Shown here: one piece after another, positions 1 through 12,888 of the stretch | Position numbering within the stretch: position 1 is the stretch's first letter | How the letters are laid out: each line of letters begins with the position of its first letter | Notes under the pieces: model-generated | Seen by the model: the letters and a program-made list of their open reading frames with translations, nothing else | Database searches by the model: none | What the model was told of the DNA's origin: nothing | Assembly (NCBI GenBank): GCA_040954595.2 | Contig: CM082596.2 | Span: 8,693,124-8,757,123, forward strand | Reading direction: 5' to 3' | From: Balanoglossus misakiensis | Lineage: Eukaryota; Animalia; Hemichordata | Length of the DNA stretch: 64,000 nt | Made by a program: the position numbers and the translations under genes

Positions 1-855
1 AGATAGAGAAATTAATGAATTCTGTACAGCAACATACGTAGTTGATTTTTTAATCATGGTCTTCATATACAGCTGTGAATTTGATTCATCAAGTCTTTCA
101 CAGAGTTGCTTCAATTTCAAGCAGCCATTACGAGAATAACGCATCTTGGTAAACCCTCTTTCGACTCTGAGGTCGAACATGACCAATCCAAAACAATGGA
201 TTTGGATCAAACCACTGTGGTGAAAGGGTTAAACTATTAAATACTAATTGAAAAAACCAGTTACACATGATTCAGAGGTGAAATTTGACAGCTGTGATTG
301 AAAAGAAATGTCATCATGAACAGAATGCCCACTATCCTTTAATAATCTGTGGGTGGTCACTTCACAGGCTGACGATCGTCTTATGTGCAATACATGTTCT
401 GCAAATTTGGCGTTCGACACATTCAAATAGTGGACTGCCTTCATGTCCTTCCATAATTCTTGTGCATCGTATAAGAAGACTTTTAGTTTTGTGCCTTCTT
501 TTCACAAAATTTGCTGTCTTTTCCCAATCTCTGACACAGACTATGGTCACCACCATCTTGCCTGTTGCTAGGACAACACACTGCCTTATGGCATTGACTG
601 TATACAATTTTTGTAACCAGAGTCTCTGGTTAGGCACATGCCCATAAGACGATCCTTGCCCTTTAAACCTTTCACCCGCAGTTCCCTCTTAAGAGGTTGG
701 TCCAACTTTACTACAGAAAACAATGGGTCTGGACTAAACCATGGTGGTGTAAAAGGGTTAATGACATGTCTCAGATACTGTACATCATCTTCCATCAATA
801 TGAATGAAAATTATTTCAGGCAAGACCGACTAGCTACTAGTATATAGACAAGCTA

Positions 856-975
<120 letters not shown>

Positions 976-991
976 CTAACTGCCACTCCAT

Positions 992-2947
992 TTAAATGTT
1001 TTTTCCACATTCATTGCATGCAAATGGTCTCTCATTTGAATGGATCCTCATGTGGCTCTTCTGATGGCCACTCCATCTAAATGTTTTCCCACATTCTTTA
1101 CATGCAAATGGTCTTTCATTCGAATGGATCCTCATGTGTTCCTTTAGACTGTCTCTCCGTGTAAATGTTTTTCCACATTCATTGCATGCAAATGGTCTTT
1201 CATTTGAATGGATCCTCATGTGTCTCTTCTTAGTGCCACTCTTTGTAAATGTTTTTCCACATTCTTTGCATGCAAATGGTCTTTCATTTGAATGGATCCT
1301 CATGTGGCTCTTCTGATGGCCACTCCGTCTAAATGTTTTCCCACATTCTTTACATGCAAATGGTCTTTCATTTGAATGGGTCTTCATGTGTTTCTTTAGA
1401 CTCCCTCTCCGTCTAAATGTTTCCCCACATTCTTTACATGTAAATGGTCTTTCATTTGAATGGATCCTCATGTGTTTCTTTAGACTGTCTCTCCATGTAA
1501 ATGTTTTTCCACATTCATTGCATGCAAATGGTCTTTCATTTGAATGGATCCTCATGTGTTTCTTTAGACTGTCTCTCGATGTAAATGTTTTTCCACATTC
1601 ATTGCATGCAAATGGTCTTTCATTTGAATGGATCCTCATGTGGCTCTTCTGATGGCCACTCCGTCTAAATGTTTTCCCACATTCTTTACATGCAAATGGT
1701 CTTTCATTTGAATGGATCCTCATGTGTTCCTTTAGACTCTCTCTCCGTGTAAATGTATTTCCACATTCATTGCATGCAAATGGTCTTTCATTTGAATGGA
1801 TCCTCATGTGTCTCTTCTTAGTGCCACTCTTTGTAAACGTTTTTCCACATTCTTTGCATGCAAATGGTCTTTCATTTGAATGGATCTTCATGTGTTTCTT
1901 CTGATCGCCACTCCATTTAAATGTTTTCCCACATTCTTTACATGCAAATGGTCTTTCATTTGAATGGGTCTTCATGTGTTCCTTTAGACTCCCTCTCCGT
2001 CTAAATGTTTTCCCACATTCATTGCATTCAAATGGTCTTTCATTTGAATGGATCCTCACGTGTGTCTTCTGATGGCCCCTCTGTGTAAATGTTTTCCCAC
2101 ATTCATTGCATGCAAATGGTCTTCCATTTGAATGGATCTTCATGGGTTTCTTCCGACTGCCTAATGTGTGGTTTCCTATGTGGCTGCATGACTGTGCCTT
2201 AAACTCATCACTTGTTTTGCTGGCATGATCACCACACTCTTCAAGTACTAACCATCTTCGGCCCTGTCCACTGTTGCAATCGTGATGCAACATGTCTGAT
2301 CCACCAAGTTCTTGACCATGTTCAACATGTTGACTGCTGACATCATCCAGTAGGCTCACTTGAATATGGCCAGAGTGTGCCAGAGTGTGGATTATCAGTG
2401 ATACATCTGTTGGATGATAACAAAACAGCTACTTAAATACAGGCTTCAAGCACACTTAATAAGTAACATTACTACTGATTACCAATCACATCGTCTCAGG
2501 GTGTCAGGAGACAGATTCCCTCTTCTGAACCCCCCCCCCCCCACACACACCCTTTAACGTTGCCGGCTAATGGCTGATGCCCATCTTGAGATAGGTTATA
2601 CTGAAGATAACTTAAGCAATCATGTATGAGCAGACTGATTATTTGTTGATGTGCTGAACTATTGGCAAAGAATGATCACAACAATGGTGTGATTGACTTC
2701 AAGGGAACACCCACTTTCAATTTGTATACATCATCTTTCTCCAAAGGGAAAGCTTTGTTTTGTTTCAAGAGACAAGAAACAGCAGGACTAGTAATATGTA
2801 ACAAAAGAGATTATGCTTGCTTACCATCAAAGGATTCAGCACCCTCTTCAAATCGATGTGTTACTTTACTATGTGATGATTCCAACAGTCTGCCAAGTTC
2901 ATGTAACTTATTTGAATGTCTGTACTGTGTGCACACTTCAGAACATT
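992..2947 (-). CDS. C2H2 zinc-finger gene copy 1 (type A, 13 fingers), 5' end unresolved
   Basis: Exons 2947-2825 and 2406-992 join in phase 1 (ttccag/gtaagc, ccaacag). Repeats of CxxCGKTFx8[11 protein letters not shown]. Ends at a +1 frameshift (CGKNI*), with degenerate fingers continuing to ~896. Confidence 0.8.
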
Positions 2948-4164
2948 CTGGAAAAGTAAGGCATGAGTATTAAGTTACATAAGGTGACAGTCTATATTTT
3001 CTTTGTGCATGACCATTCCCAATAAACAACTATGAATAATGCAAACATTACATTAATCCAAAACCCCTGACTTGCTGCACCAGGGTTTACGTTAAAATTT
3101 AGAGTATACCGCGGGTAGTTACCATATACATGTAGTTTATACATTGTTGTTGTGGTGGTTGATTTCTTTAAAAATTACACAATTTACAAAACCCCTGCAA
3201 GTATGTGGACAGCAAAACTAGATTGCGTCACCAGTCACAGTGGATTAGAGGGTGAGCAGTGAAAAAAAAAACATGAACCATGATGGTTTGAGGTGGTGTC
3301 TGGAGGGAAACATGTTGGTCATCATTCAGAATCTTTAAATTCTGACTGGCCAAACCCCACACATATCTGTTGCATATTTTTTTAAAACTCTAAAGCCATT
3401 TTTTCAAGCTTGTTAAAAAAACAACTGAAGACTTTATGGGGATATTCCCTGTGGAAAAGCGCATATACTTGGATCTTTTCGATGCTTGGTGCACGTGTTG
3501 AGCAAAACCAGGGTCCCTATAAATTTTATCACAAGGTCATGAAACAAAGTTGGATGCTAGTCGATAGCCTAGGCTTTGTTTTAAAGTGTGAATCACCTAC
3601 TCCCAAAAATCAAAGCTTGTTACTGCTTGCAGTCAAGTGACACCTACCATAGACAGTAGAGGGGGTAACAGGAAATACCATTTCAGATAATTTGCTTATG
3701 TAGATGTACATGGTGACTAAATCAGATAGGTTGCCAAATTGAACTTGAAGAGACAGTCACTTTTTAGGATTTTTTAGGATTTCCAGACGACACCCCATTC
3801 ACCTTCAAACCTTGCAGAAGTATAATATGAACAGACAGTCTGTAACAGTCTTGTATTATTACGTTCGTTCCCATCTGGATTCGAACGATAATGTTGATCT
3901 AAATGTTATCACACTTGTGTAATTGGTTTGTGAAGTTCATTCCAACTTTGCTACAGTTGTTGTACAGTTTATATGCTTTGCGGCAAACACAAACAGGATT
4001 AATGGTTTCTTACCCGGTAGGATGCTTCGCCAGTTTGTTTAAATAAGACAATAAAACGAGTCAACTGATTGGCGCTACCCTGACTTTATTTAATAGCCCT
4101 GTGTGTGGTAAAAGTTTCGCGGGAATACTGCAAATCCAACGTGTTTAGTCGCTGTCGGTTCACC

Positions 4165-4734
4165 ATGGCCGAGTATATGTTCAAGGTTGAGTTTTCCTAT
4201 TATTCTCAAACGCGGATTGTGCCAGTCTTCATTTCTGACGAGGACTTTCACAGTATGTCTTATAGCGACTTCGAAAACAGAATCACTAGTGATACTCCGT
4301 ATCTGCGAAGGATGGTCTCACTTCGTCTGCAAGTCATGGATTACGAAGGGCAAAGAATTGACCTTCCGACGACAAACAGATTCAGACAACTTATTGACGA
4401 CAACGCATCTAAAAAGGGAGGAACACTCAACGTGAAATTGTTCGTTCTCGACGGTACCTCGCCATCCATAAAACGTTCACATTCTGGTGATTCTGAGATC
4501 GATCACTGTACTCCACAGAGTCATTCTATTGCGAGTAAAAGAACGCGAACTAAATTGCAGTACGCTCAAGATGAAAGGGGACCGGAAGTCAACAAACTGA
4601 AGCCGACTGATGGACCGACCATAGAAAACCGCCGCGATGTACTTGGTGAAAAACTAGACACTCTGACTAAAGCAAAAATTGTCATGGAACGAGAACTGAC
4701 TGACCTAAAAGCCCCTCCACCGCAGAAGGTGTAG
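4165..4734 (+). CDS. Unknown cargo/accessory protein (PB1/ubiquitin-like N-terminus suspected, coiled coil), probably 3'-truncated
   Basis: ATG in strong context (CACCATGG); ~190-aa ORF with codon-like composition inside the TA-flanked element. The fold call is inference only. Confidence 0.5.
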   Translation: MAEYMFKVEFSYYSQTRIVPVFISDEDFHSMSYSDFENRITSDTPYLRRMVSLRLQVMDYEGQRIDLPTTNRFRQLIDDNASKKGGTLNVKLFVLDGTSPSIKRSHSGDSEIDHCTPQSHSIASKRTRTKLQYAQDERGPEVNKLKPTDGPTIENRRDVLGEKLDTLTKAKIVMERELTDLKAPPPQKV

Positions 4735-4906
4735 TGTACGAAAAGTCACCCGTGTTGACAAACTTTTGACAAATGGTACATACGGTCGACTTCGAAATGC
4801 CGATCGCGCGTGATATCTGTCCATATGACCTGCCCTCGAGGTACATTTCCACAATTTTCTCACGTACAGCTTGTGGTGTTGGTATACCGCCTTTCCCGCG
4901 AATCAT
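4682..4906 (-). pseudogene. Truncated transposase N-terminus (paired-like HTH)
   Basis: GIPTPQAVREKIVEMYLEGRSYGQISRAIGISKSTVCTICQKFVNTG resembles the paired/HTH domain of Tc1/IS630 transposases. No DDE domain follows. Confidence 0.7.
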
Positions 4907-5350
4907 GTTTTATTGTCCACTAGCAGTTCGAAGACAGAGAGCAAAAGGGAAGGACTGGACACGCACGCGTAGATAAAAGTCTTGCTTTAGCAAGCAATGT
5001 GAAGTGTAAGACGATCCTCTTACGACACCCGTAATACCCCACTGTTAGTATTGTAATCAATCTCGATATAACCTCTTTGAATTTACCGCAACATCAACAA
5101 CTGGGCGCCGAAACTGAAGTAAGATAAGGAACAACTTGGCAAACCAAATGTGCAAGTATGGTAACATTTAGATCAACATTATCGTTCGAATCCAGATGGG
5201 AACCAATATAAGCCAATTTCTAGCATTGTATCGATATTTTGCTTCATTATCAACAGTTTCAATGTATTTGTATGACATTATTGTTCAAAATTCGAAGAAA
5301 ACGCTTAGCACACAACATCTTTTTCTTTGAATTTTCATCTCGCTCACCAG

Positions 5351-5540
5351 ATTATAGCCCTGTTCGTGACGTCACACCGCGCGCGGACAAGAATACGTTT
5401 GAATGTTTGACAGACTCGAATTATCAAACTCAAGAGTAACATATGCATATGTTACTCTTGAGTTTGATAATTCGAGTCTGTCAAACATTCAAACGTATTC
5501 TTGTCCGCGCGCGGTGTGACGTCACGAACAGGGCTATAAT
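5351..5540. repeat. Perfect 190-bp palindrome at the LINE 5' junction
   Basis: Runs from ATTATAGCCC to GGGCTATAAT, centred on ATATG|CATAT (5445/5446). Only one arm exists in the other units. Confidence 0.95.
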
Positions 5541-8142
5541 AGACTCAGTTGTTCTCCAACATTGCGAATGTCTTTTTGTTGAAATCCTACTTGAAAAGAG
5601 CAAGGTCATCATAGGTGTCTTATATCGCAGACCAAATACACCTACTCAGGAATTTTTAACCAGTTTATCAGATTGTCTTGATAATCTACGCATTACCAAC
5701 AAAAAATGCGTTTTACTAGGGGATTTCAATATAAATATAGGTGGCGATAACACTGTCTTTAATGAATATATCGCTACTCTTAGTGGTAATAATTTTTATC
5801 AAATCATGGATGTACCGACCAGAATAACTACTCACACCTCCACATTAATAGATCATTGTCATGTAAATTTTCGTGACCAGTTTATTGAAAATGGGACAGT
5901 ACAGACTGATATAAGTGACCATTATCCCATCTTTGCCATCTTTAAGGATTTACGCCATGTATTCAATGTTGAAACAACTGACTTCAAGTGTGATTTTTCT
6001 TCATTTGATCCAGTTTCTTATAAAAATGACTTTGCAAATATTTCTTGGCAGGATGTTTACGACTCTAATGATCCGAATGTTGCCTATAATACCTTTTACA
6101 AATTGTTTCATGATATGGCAACAAGACACGTACCAGTCAAACGGTGTTCAAACCAGCGTAAGCGCTTACGGAAACCATGGATCACAAAAGGACTTCTGGT
6201 CTCAATCAAAAACAAGCATAAGATGTTCTCCAAAACAAAACGCCATTCTGCAAGCTCATCTATTCATCAAGAGTACAAACTTTATCGCAACCTGTTAACA
6301 AAGCTGATGCGACGAGCAAAAAAGAAGTATTTTTGTGATAAATTGCAACTGTCTGTAGCCTCTGGGAAGGACCACAAAAAATGGCAAGTCATCAATGAAA
6401 TCCTGAACAAAAATTCAAAGGTTAATGCTCCACAAAAAATAAAAGATGACAAAAACCCTGGGAATTTTGTTACTAAAAATATTGATATAGCTGACGCTTT
6501 TAATTCTTTTTTTGTCAACATTGGACAAAATCTAGCATCACAAATACATTGTAGCACTAATTTCAATGATTACCTTGGTATTTGTCATTTTAATTCTTTC
6601 TTTTTCCATCCTGTGCACTCTGGTGATATACTCAGAGAAATTAATTTATTAGACCATTGTAAAGCTGCTGGTTTTGATGAAATATATCCAAAACTTGTAA
6701 AGGAAGCAGCTGATTATATTACAGAACCATTTGCTCATATTGTTAATATTTCCTTGTCACAGGGTATTTTTCCAGAGAAACTGAAAATGGCAAGAGTAAC
6801 ACCAATTTTTAAAAAGGGCTGTGTTCATGAAATAGGAAACTACAGACCTATCTCTGTCTTGCCAATATTTAGTAAGCTGTATGAGTCTATTGTAAATAAG
6901 CAACTGTGTTCTTTTTTCGAAAAATTTGATATTCTCACTAACAGCCAATATGGATTTCGTAAGAAATATAGTACTAAGTTAGCTTTAGCAGATCTCACAA
7001 CTGAAATATCAAAGCACATTGATAACGGTCTTGTTACCTTTGGTATCTTTATTGATTTTAAAAAGGCATTTGATACGATTAACCACACAATTTTGTTAGC
7101 TAAGCTATGCCACTATGGGATTAGGGGATCCACACTTAATTGGTTTAAGACTTATATAGAAGACCGACAGCAGTATGTCAAGGTCAATAATTGCACTTCA
7201 AAAGCGAAAAGGATCTCCTGTGGGATTCCACAGGGATCAATTCTAGGTCCACTTCTTTTTTTAGTATATATAAATGATATCTGCAGTTCCTCAGACTATT
7301 TTCAATTCAGGTTATTTGCTGACGATACCAATTTATTTTGTTCAGATAAGCAGGACAAAATCGATCTTGCCACTCTGAATGTTGAGCTAACTAAAGTACA
7401 GACCTGGTGTAAGTCAAATAAACTTACTATTAATATTGACAAAACAAACTATGTTATTTTCAAAACAGCCCAGGCGAAGTTTAAGCCTGAGGGAGATTTA
7501 TATGTCTCTGATTTACCATTACATAATGTTTCTTCTGCTGTTTATCTTGGAGTTACTCTTGACTCATCATTATCCTGGAAGTCTCACATCAACATTATTT
7601 TTAAGAAGGTTAGCCAAAAAATCGGTATTATTTCATATGTACGCCATTATCTCCCTAAGTCTATAATTTTATTATTATACAATTGTCTTATCCTTCCCCA
7701 TATAATGTATTGTATCGAAATATGGGGAAATGCGTATAAAACCTATTTAGATTGTATTTTCAAATTGCAAAAGAGACTTGTAAGACTTATAACATTTTCT
7801 AGCCCCAATACACATAGCGCACCACTTTTTCAGCAACTTGGAATTCTTAATGTTTACAAACTCTGTAAATTTCAAACTTGTGTTTTTGCGTATGATCTAA
7901 AGGCAGGGCATTACGCCCACTCACTAGATCGCTATGCTTCATTTGTATCACACAAATATTTTACAAGATTTGCCTCTACTGATAAGTTTACGCTTCCCAA
8001 AGTAAAACTTACTTCATCTCAAAATAATTTATACTATTCTATTGCCAAGCATTGGAATGAAATTCCTACACAAATAAAATCAATTCAATCAAGGAATTTA
8101 TTTAAAAGCTCTCTGAAAATGTATCTGTTGAGCATAGATTAA
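5443..8142 (+). CDS. LINE ORF2 (partial APE endonuclease + reverse transcriptase); first 33 codons come from inverted flanking DNA
   Basis: Endonuclease motifs YRRPN, GDFN, TLIDH, SDH. RT motifs YRPISVLP, QYGFR, DFKKAFD, GIPQGSILGPLLF, LFADD. Uninterrupted 899-aa frame. Confidence 0.9.
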   Translation: MHMLLLSLIIRVCQTFKRILVRARCDVTNRAIIDSVVLQHCECLFVEILLEKSKVIIGVLYRRPNTPTQEFLTSLSDCLDNLRITNKKCVLLGDFNINIGGDNTVFNEYIATLSGNNFYQIMDVPTRITTHTSTLIDHCHVNFRDQFIENGTVQTDISDHYPIFAIFKDLRHVFNVETTDFKCDFSSFDPVSYKNDFANISWQDVYDSNDPNVAYNTFYKLFHDMATRHVPVKRCSNQRKRLRKPWITKGLLVSIKNKHKMFSKTKRHSASSSIHQEYKLYRNLLTKLMRRAKKKYFCDKLQLSVASGKDHKKWQVINEILNKNSKVNAPQKIKDDKNPGNFVTKNIDIADAFNSFFVNIGQNLASQIHCSTNFNDYLGICHFNSFFFHPVHSGDILREINLLDHCKAAGFDEIYPKLVKEAADYITEPFAHIVNISLSQGIFPEKLKMARVTPIFKKGCVHEIGNYRPISVLPIFSKLYESIVNKQLCSFFEKFDILTNSQYGFRKKYSTKLALADLTTEISKHIDNGLVTFGIFIDFKKAFDTINHTILLAKLCHYGIRGSTLNWFKTYIEDRQQYVKVNNCTSKAKRISCGIPQGSILGPLLFLVYINDICSSSDYFQFRLFADDTNLFCSDKQDKIDLATLNVELTKVQTWCKSNKLTINIDKTNYVIFKTAQAKFKPEGDLYVSDLPLHNVSSAVYLGVTLDSSLSWKSHINIIFKKVSQKIGIISYVRHYLPKSIILLLYNCLILPHIMYCIEIWGNAYKTYLDCIFKLQKRLVRLITFSSPNTHSAPLFQQLGILNVYKLCKFQTCVFAYDLKAGHYAHSLDRYASFVSHKYFTRFASTDKFTLPKVKLTSSQNNLYYSIAKHWNEIPTQIKSIQSRNLFKSSLKMYLLSID

Positions 8143-8365
8143 TTTAACCTCTTTTATAAACCTGTTTACTTTATCACCGCGTTGTTTGACTACCAACTAT
8201 TGTTTTGTGATATGAATTGGCAATTATATTAATTGTTTCAATGATTTGTATGTATTTAGGGCCAGGGACACGACTAGTTCCACTAGAACTACTTCCCTGG
8301 TCCGCACCAGTTATGTAAAATGCATCTTTCTGGTGAAATAAATCTATCTATCTATCTATCTATCT
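5541..8365 (+). mobile_element. 5'-truncated CR1/L2-group LINE
   Basis: Absent from other units. Ends with AATAAA (8337) and an (ATCT)6 tail (8342-8365). No TSD. Confidence 0.9.
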
Positions 8366-9773
8366 ATGATGGACACATACCAGCTCTTGTCAAGTGGTTG
8401 CAAATTAGGGATGATCTTGGTGTGGCATCCATTTGGTTTCCACTTTTCGACAATGCACTCTGGAACGTGTTGACTTCCTCCATTTTACTCTTGAAATGTT
8501 TCGAGTACTGAAGTTAGTGTCGGTTTCGGTTTCGGATTCATTTTCGGATTCAGGTTCGAGAGACTGAAAGTTACAGCATTTTCGTATTTTCGGGCGACCA
8601 TCGCGGTTTGGCATCTGCAGTACAAGTATGAAAATAACTCTGTACAAAATATGGATATAACTCTCTCGACATGTTATGTATGATAATTTTGGCACCAAAA
8701 CTCTGTTTTTTTACATCGGAAATTGTTAAATACATATTTTATCATCGAAAAACATACTTCGATGATAAAAAGATAATATTTTGTAATTTTCGGCTTGAAT
8801 AAATATTGTTTGGGTGAGAAAAATGTCATACATAACAAGTATCAGCGGTGGGGATTGGAGTCAGGGAAACAGACTAGTATCATTCAACTCGGCGATACTG
8901 AAATAAGCCTCGGATTCGGTTTCAGTTTCGGATTCGGAATCGGTTTCGAGAGACTGAAAATTTCGAGGGCATCTGCGTACGAGTATGAAAATTACTTTGC
9001 TAAAACACCAATAAATTTGATTTGTGTGTGAGTCTATCTAAAACACACTGGGTATGGTGACCAGGCTACACCTTGGCACATACACCGAGAATAGCCAAGA
9101 CAGAGAAAAGAACAGCAAAAAAGATCACCAAAGCTAAAAACAGCGCCTAAACTCTATGTCTGATTTTAATCTGATTGCCGTGGACCCTGAGTGAACTCCA
9201 GCAGTGCCATGATACGCTGACAATAACATGAATTCAATCACACATTTTGTTGTACAGTTTTTTTCAGTTAGAAAAGGATGGGTAACATTGTCAATATAAT
9301 CTTACAGGCCATTCCCTTTACCTCCAGTATACCTAATTATGGAAATCGAGAAAAAAACTATTCAAATTCCTTAGCACCTTCAAAGTTCCATGAGGCAACT
9401 AAAATCGGTCAACTGTTTAGATTTACATAAACACTTTATCATTTACATGTTCTGTAATTTGATGTTATATGCTTTGGATTATGAAATTGATATTCAAGAG
9501 GAATACTTTGAATCAATGCCAGGGTTTTGGCCAAGTGGTTGGGTGCCATTTTCCTTGTTGTGTGATTATGTTTAAAGTCCACAGCAATGCAAAAACATAG
9601 GGCCAGGGGCACCAAGGTCCTATATGGATGGTGCTGCAAAGAAATTTAGTCTTCTACCGAATAATCTCTACAAGTTTATTTCTATGGCTAAAGACCATCT
9701 TCCATGAAATACATGAAGAGAGACCTGAATGGTCGACATTAGCAATCCTGAGGCTGTTGTATATGGATCAAAC

Positions 9774-9870
9774 CACAGGTGCTCGTGGACTTGTGCTAGG
9801 GCGACTTCCGAAGGAATTCCGAAGGACTTCCTTCGGAAGTCGCCCTAGCACAAGTCCACGAGCACCTGTG
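9774..9870. mobile_element. 97-bp hairpin MITE (second copy 33256-33352)
   Basis: 43-bp TIRs starting CACAGGTGCTCG; 8-bp TSD GATCAAAC. Empty sites at ~42488 and ~50886. Confidence 0.9.
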
Positions 9871-11219
9871 GATCAAACTACTTTTTCAAAAACAAAATTA
9901 TAATAACTTATACATACAAAATGAAATCCCAACACAATAAAGTGTGGCAACACAATTTATTAAAGTTGAATAAACAGAAACAAGTCTTTCCAATTTTCAA
10001 GCGGGGGAATAAATAATCTTACACTAGCTGCATGCCAAGTTGGCGGTGACAAAAATGCGATTTCAACATGAAAACAAACTGAGAATCTTCAAACGAATAA
10101 TACAGGTATTCTCAGTAATATCGTATTGATAGAGTTCATATACCACAATATTTACACTGATCTGATGACAGTAAATATAAATAGCAGCTGCTGTACAAAA
10201 GTGGTCTTTTTCTTTGATATTTCAAAATGACTGACATGAAGTGCGCCCTCATATGATGGCTACGCATGACTGATAACATTCATTGGAAAATACTTCAGAA
10301 ACTACATTTGCATTGATATGTCACACTCTGCAGAAAGATAACAAAATCAATGCTAACTTCTAGCAAATACAAACTGTACCATAAATTAATCTGTCCAATA
10401 GGGAAAAAATTGACGTTTTCACAGCCACTAGATTTGCATGTCAAAAAGTTACAGGCTCTCTCCCTCACAAAAACTGGTCAATCCCTTCTCTTACAACCCC
10501 CCCCCCCCTCCCACCCTGTATTCTCAACAATTCAACAATCCCCTGACGCCCACTCTAACCCTGGTCAGATAAACTTCACACCTCTCATGGCAATAATATA
10601 TTGTGCGTATCATTTTCTTGGTCAAAAGGAAAATATGAAACCCTACCCTCCCATCCCATCCAAACCAAACCCCGCGCAACCAATCCATAAATATGTGTCT
10701 CTATGTATTTGTTTCAAATGTGCTCTCAACACAAAAATACAAAAGCAAACAAGACGATAGTCACAGAGAAAAATAGTGTCAAGGACACTGTGGTCCCATT
10801 TGAGGATTATGCGGAAACAGTGACACACCAGAATAAAAATTACAGATGACATTGCAAGCAGATATGATCTTACCATATAGAAATATGGAATGTAAAAAAA
10901 TTAACAAGGAACATGCCCAATAAACTGTCATGTGTCATGGCAGTCTTACAAGTGGTGCTAGAAAAAATATGACCAAAAATTGTCTGTACACACACATACG
11001 AGGAGCAACTTCTTTCAGTCAGCCCTGGAACAGACAGACAGACAGACACATACTGACCTGCCACTGCACTGGTAATTAAAATTTTATAGCTGGTGGTCTC
11101 TGTAACAGCTGGCCTATTAAAGTTATGTAAACATATCTTAGTTCGGGGTAACAACTCCTTGTAAACAGTAACTTTAAAAACAACTGGACAATTGGTTTAG
11201 GAGAGGATTTGCTAACCAA

Positions 11220-12200
11220 AAACAAAGAAACTTACAAAAAACACTCGCTAAATATTGAATATTTCTGATATCAGAATTGAATAAAAGTTGCACAAATACA
11301 TGTATGTGTTAAGAAATTATATCCTAAATTTCAAAGCAATCAGAGAAAAAACAAATTTCAAAGCAATCCAACAAGCAGTTTCACAAAAAATATTTGTTCA
11401 AAAATGGCAAAAACACAAATATGCTAATATCACCAAAATTGTACAATATCTTACTTCAATCACTACAAGGAACATGCTGCCAAAGTTCAATGCAATATGA
11501 CAAGCGGTTTCAGAGAAAACAATTTTTGACCAAAATTTCAAAAATTTCCCCAATAACACCTTGATGCAAATATCACATTTTTAAAAAACATATTACTTAG
11601 GTTACCCCTACGAACATGCCTACCAAATTGCAAAGCAATCTGGCATGTGGTTTTAAAGAAAATTTTTTTTTTACCAAAAATGGCAAATATTGCTCAAAAT
11701 TATAAATATGCAAATTTTGCAACAATTTGAACAAAACTATGGTTACTCAGACAACCATTAGGAAGCTTCATACTAAACTTTAAAGAAGTAAGCCCATCAC
11801 TTTCAGAAATGAAGACTTTTTACCAATACCATGGAAAAATACAAAAAAAATGCATAAAAAATAGGAAATCGATAATATTAGCTCAAAACATACAGGACTG
11901 TATGAGGTTGACATAAGGTACGTGCATACCAATTTTCAAATCAATATGACCAGTGGTTGTCGAGTTTTTGAGTTTTGACCAATTTCACATTTTCCCAGCT
12001 AATTTGCATATTTTGGCAATGACAACTTCATTTGAACAAACTCCCATCTACAGCCCTGCCTGCATCTACACACCAAATATCGAGGTCATACGCGCTGCGG
12101 GACATACAGACATATATCCATCCATCCATCCATCCATCCATCCATACATACAGACACAACCGATCCCATAAGGTCCCATGGTACATACCAATGGGACCTA
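11220..12200 (+). repeat. Old interspersed repeat (Helitron/Helentron-like non-autonomous?), also at ~34.7-35.7 kb and ~52.25-53.2 kb
   Basis: Degenerate internal repeats (AAATTTCAAAGCAATC..GACCAAAA), a (CATC)n/(CAGA)n microsatellite, and a terminal hairpin AGGTCCCATGG..CCAATGGGACCT. Family is a guess. Confidence 0.4.
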
Positions 12201-12888
12201 AAAATCAATAGCTGTTACCTCGATTTTGTAATCATTACTATAAGTATCAATTGAATACCTCTACATACACACATATCTGACAAATCCATACTTTGGTCCA
12301 ATTTCTCTCTTTAAAAAAAGTATTTTATTCGAGAATTCAGACAGAAAATAAAATATTTCCATATCTTATGACATGCATTGATCAACACATCTTGAAACAT
12401 GAATATCCCTCCACGACCATCAAAAATATATTTCAAATTCTCTCCATAAATATGCATTATAGGCTTAATGAAATATATAATAACTAACACATTCCCAGTC
12501 ACACAAGATTCCTGGGCATTCCGTGAATTACTACAGAGGTTTTCCAGGAATATTAACAGCGTACAATATCCTTTTTCAGAGATACAGAAATTAATGAATT
12601 CTGTACAGCAACATACATAGTTGATTTTTTAATCATGGTCTTCATATACAGCTGTGAATTTGATTCATCAAGTCTTTTACAGAGTTGCTGTAATTTCAAG
12701 CAGACTTTACGAGAATAACGCATCTTGGAAAACCCTCTTTCGACTCTGAGGTCGAACATGACCAATCCAAAACAATGGATTTGGATCAAACCACTGTGGT
12801 GAAAGGGTTAAACTACTACTAATTGAAAAGACCAGTTACACATGATTCATAGGTGAAATTTGGCAGCTGTGATTGAAAAGAAATGTCA

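Larger units (their letters stand above)
3862..5208. mobile_element. Tc1/IS630-like DNA transposon derivative with two convergent truncated ORFs
   Basis: Absent at the paralogous site (~31608, TATTATTAAGCC). TA TSD (3860-3861 / 5209-5210). ~70-bp TIRs with core GTTCCCATCTGGATTCGAACGATAATGTTGATCTAAATGTTA. Confidence 0.85.

Noticed and set aside
992-2130. CRISPR-like array (constant repeat plus variable segment)
   Set aside because: The 84-bp period is in-frame C2H2 coding sequence, the variable parts recur, the context is eukaryotic, and no cas genes are present.
8366-12880. Short ORFs repeated in every unit
   Set aside because: Recurrence reflects recent duplication; frames break between copies and no domains are recognisable.
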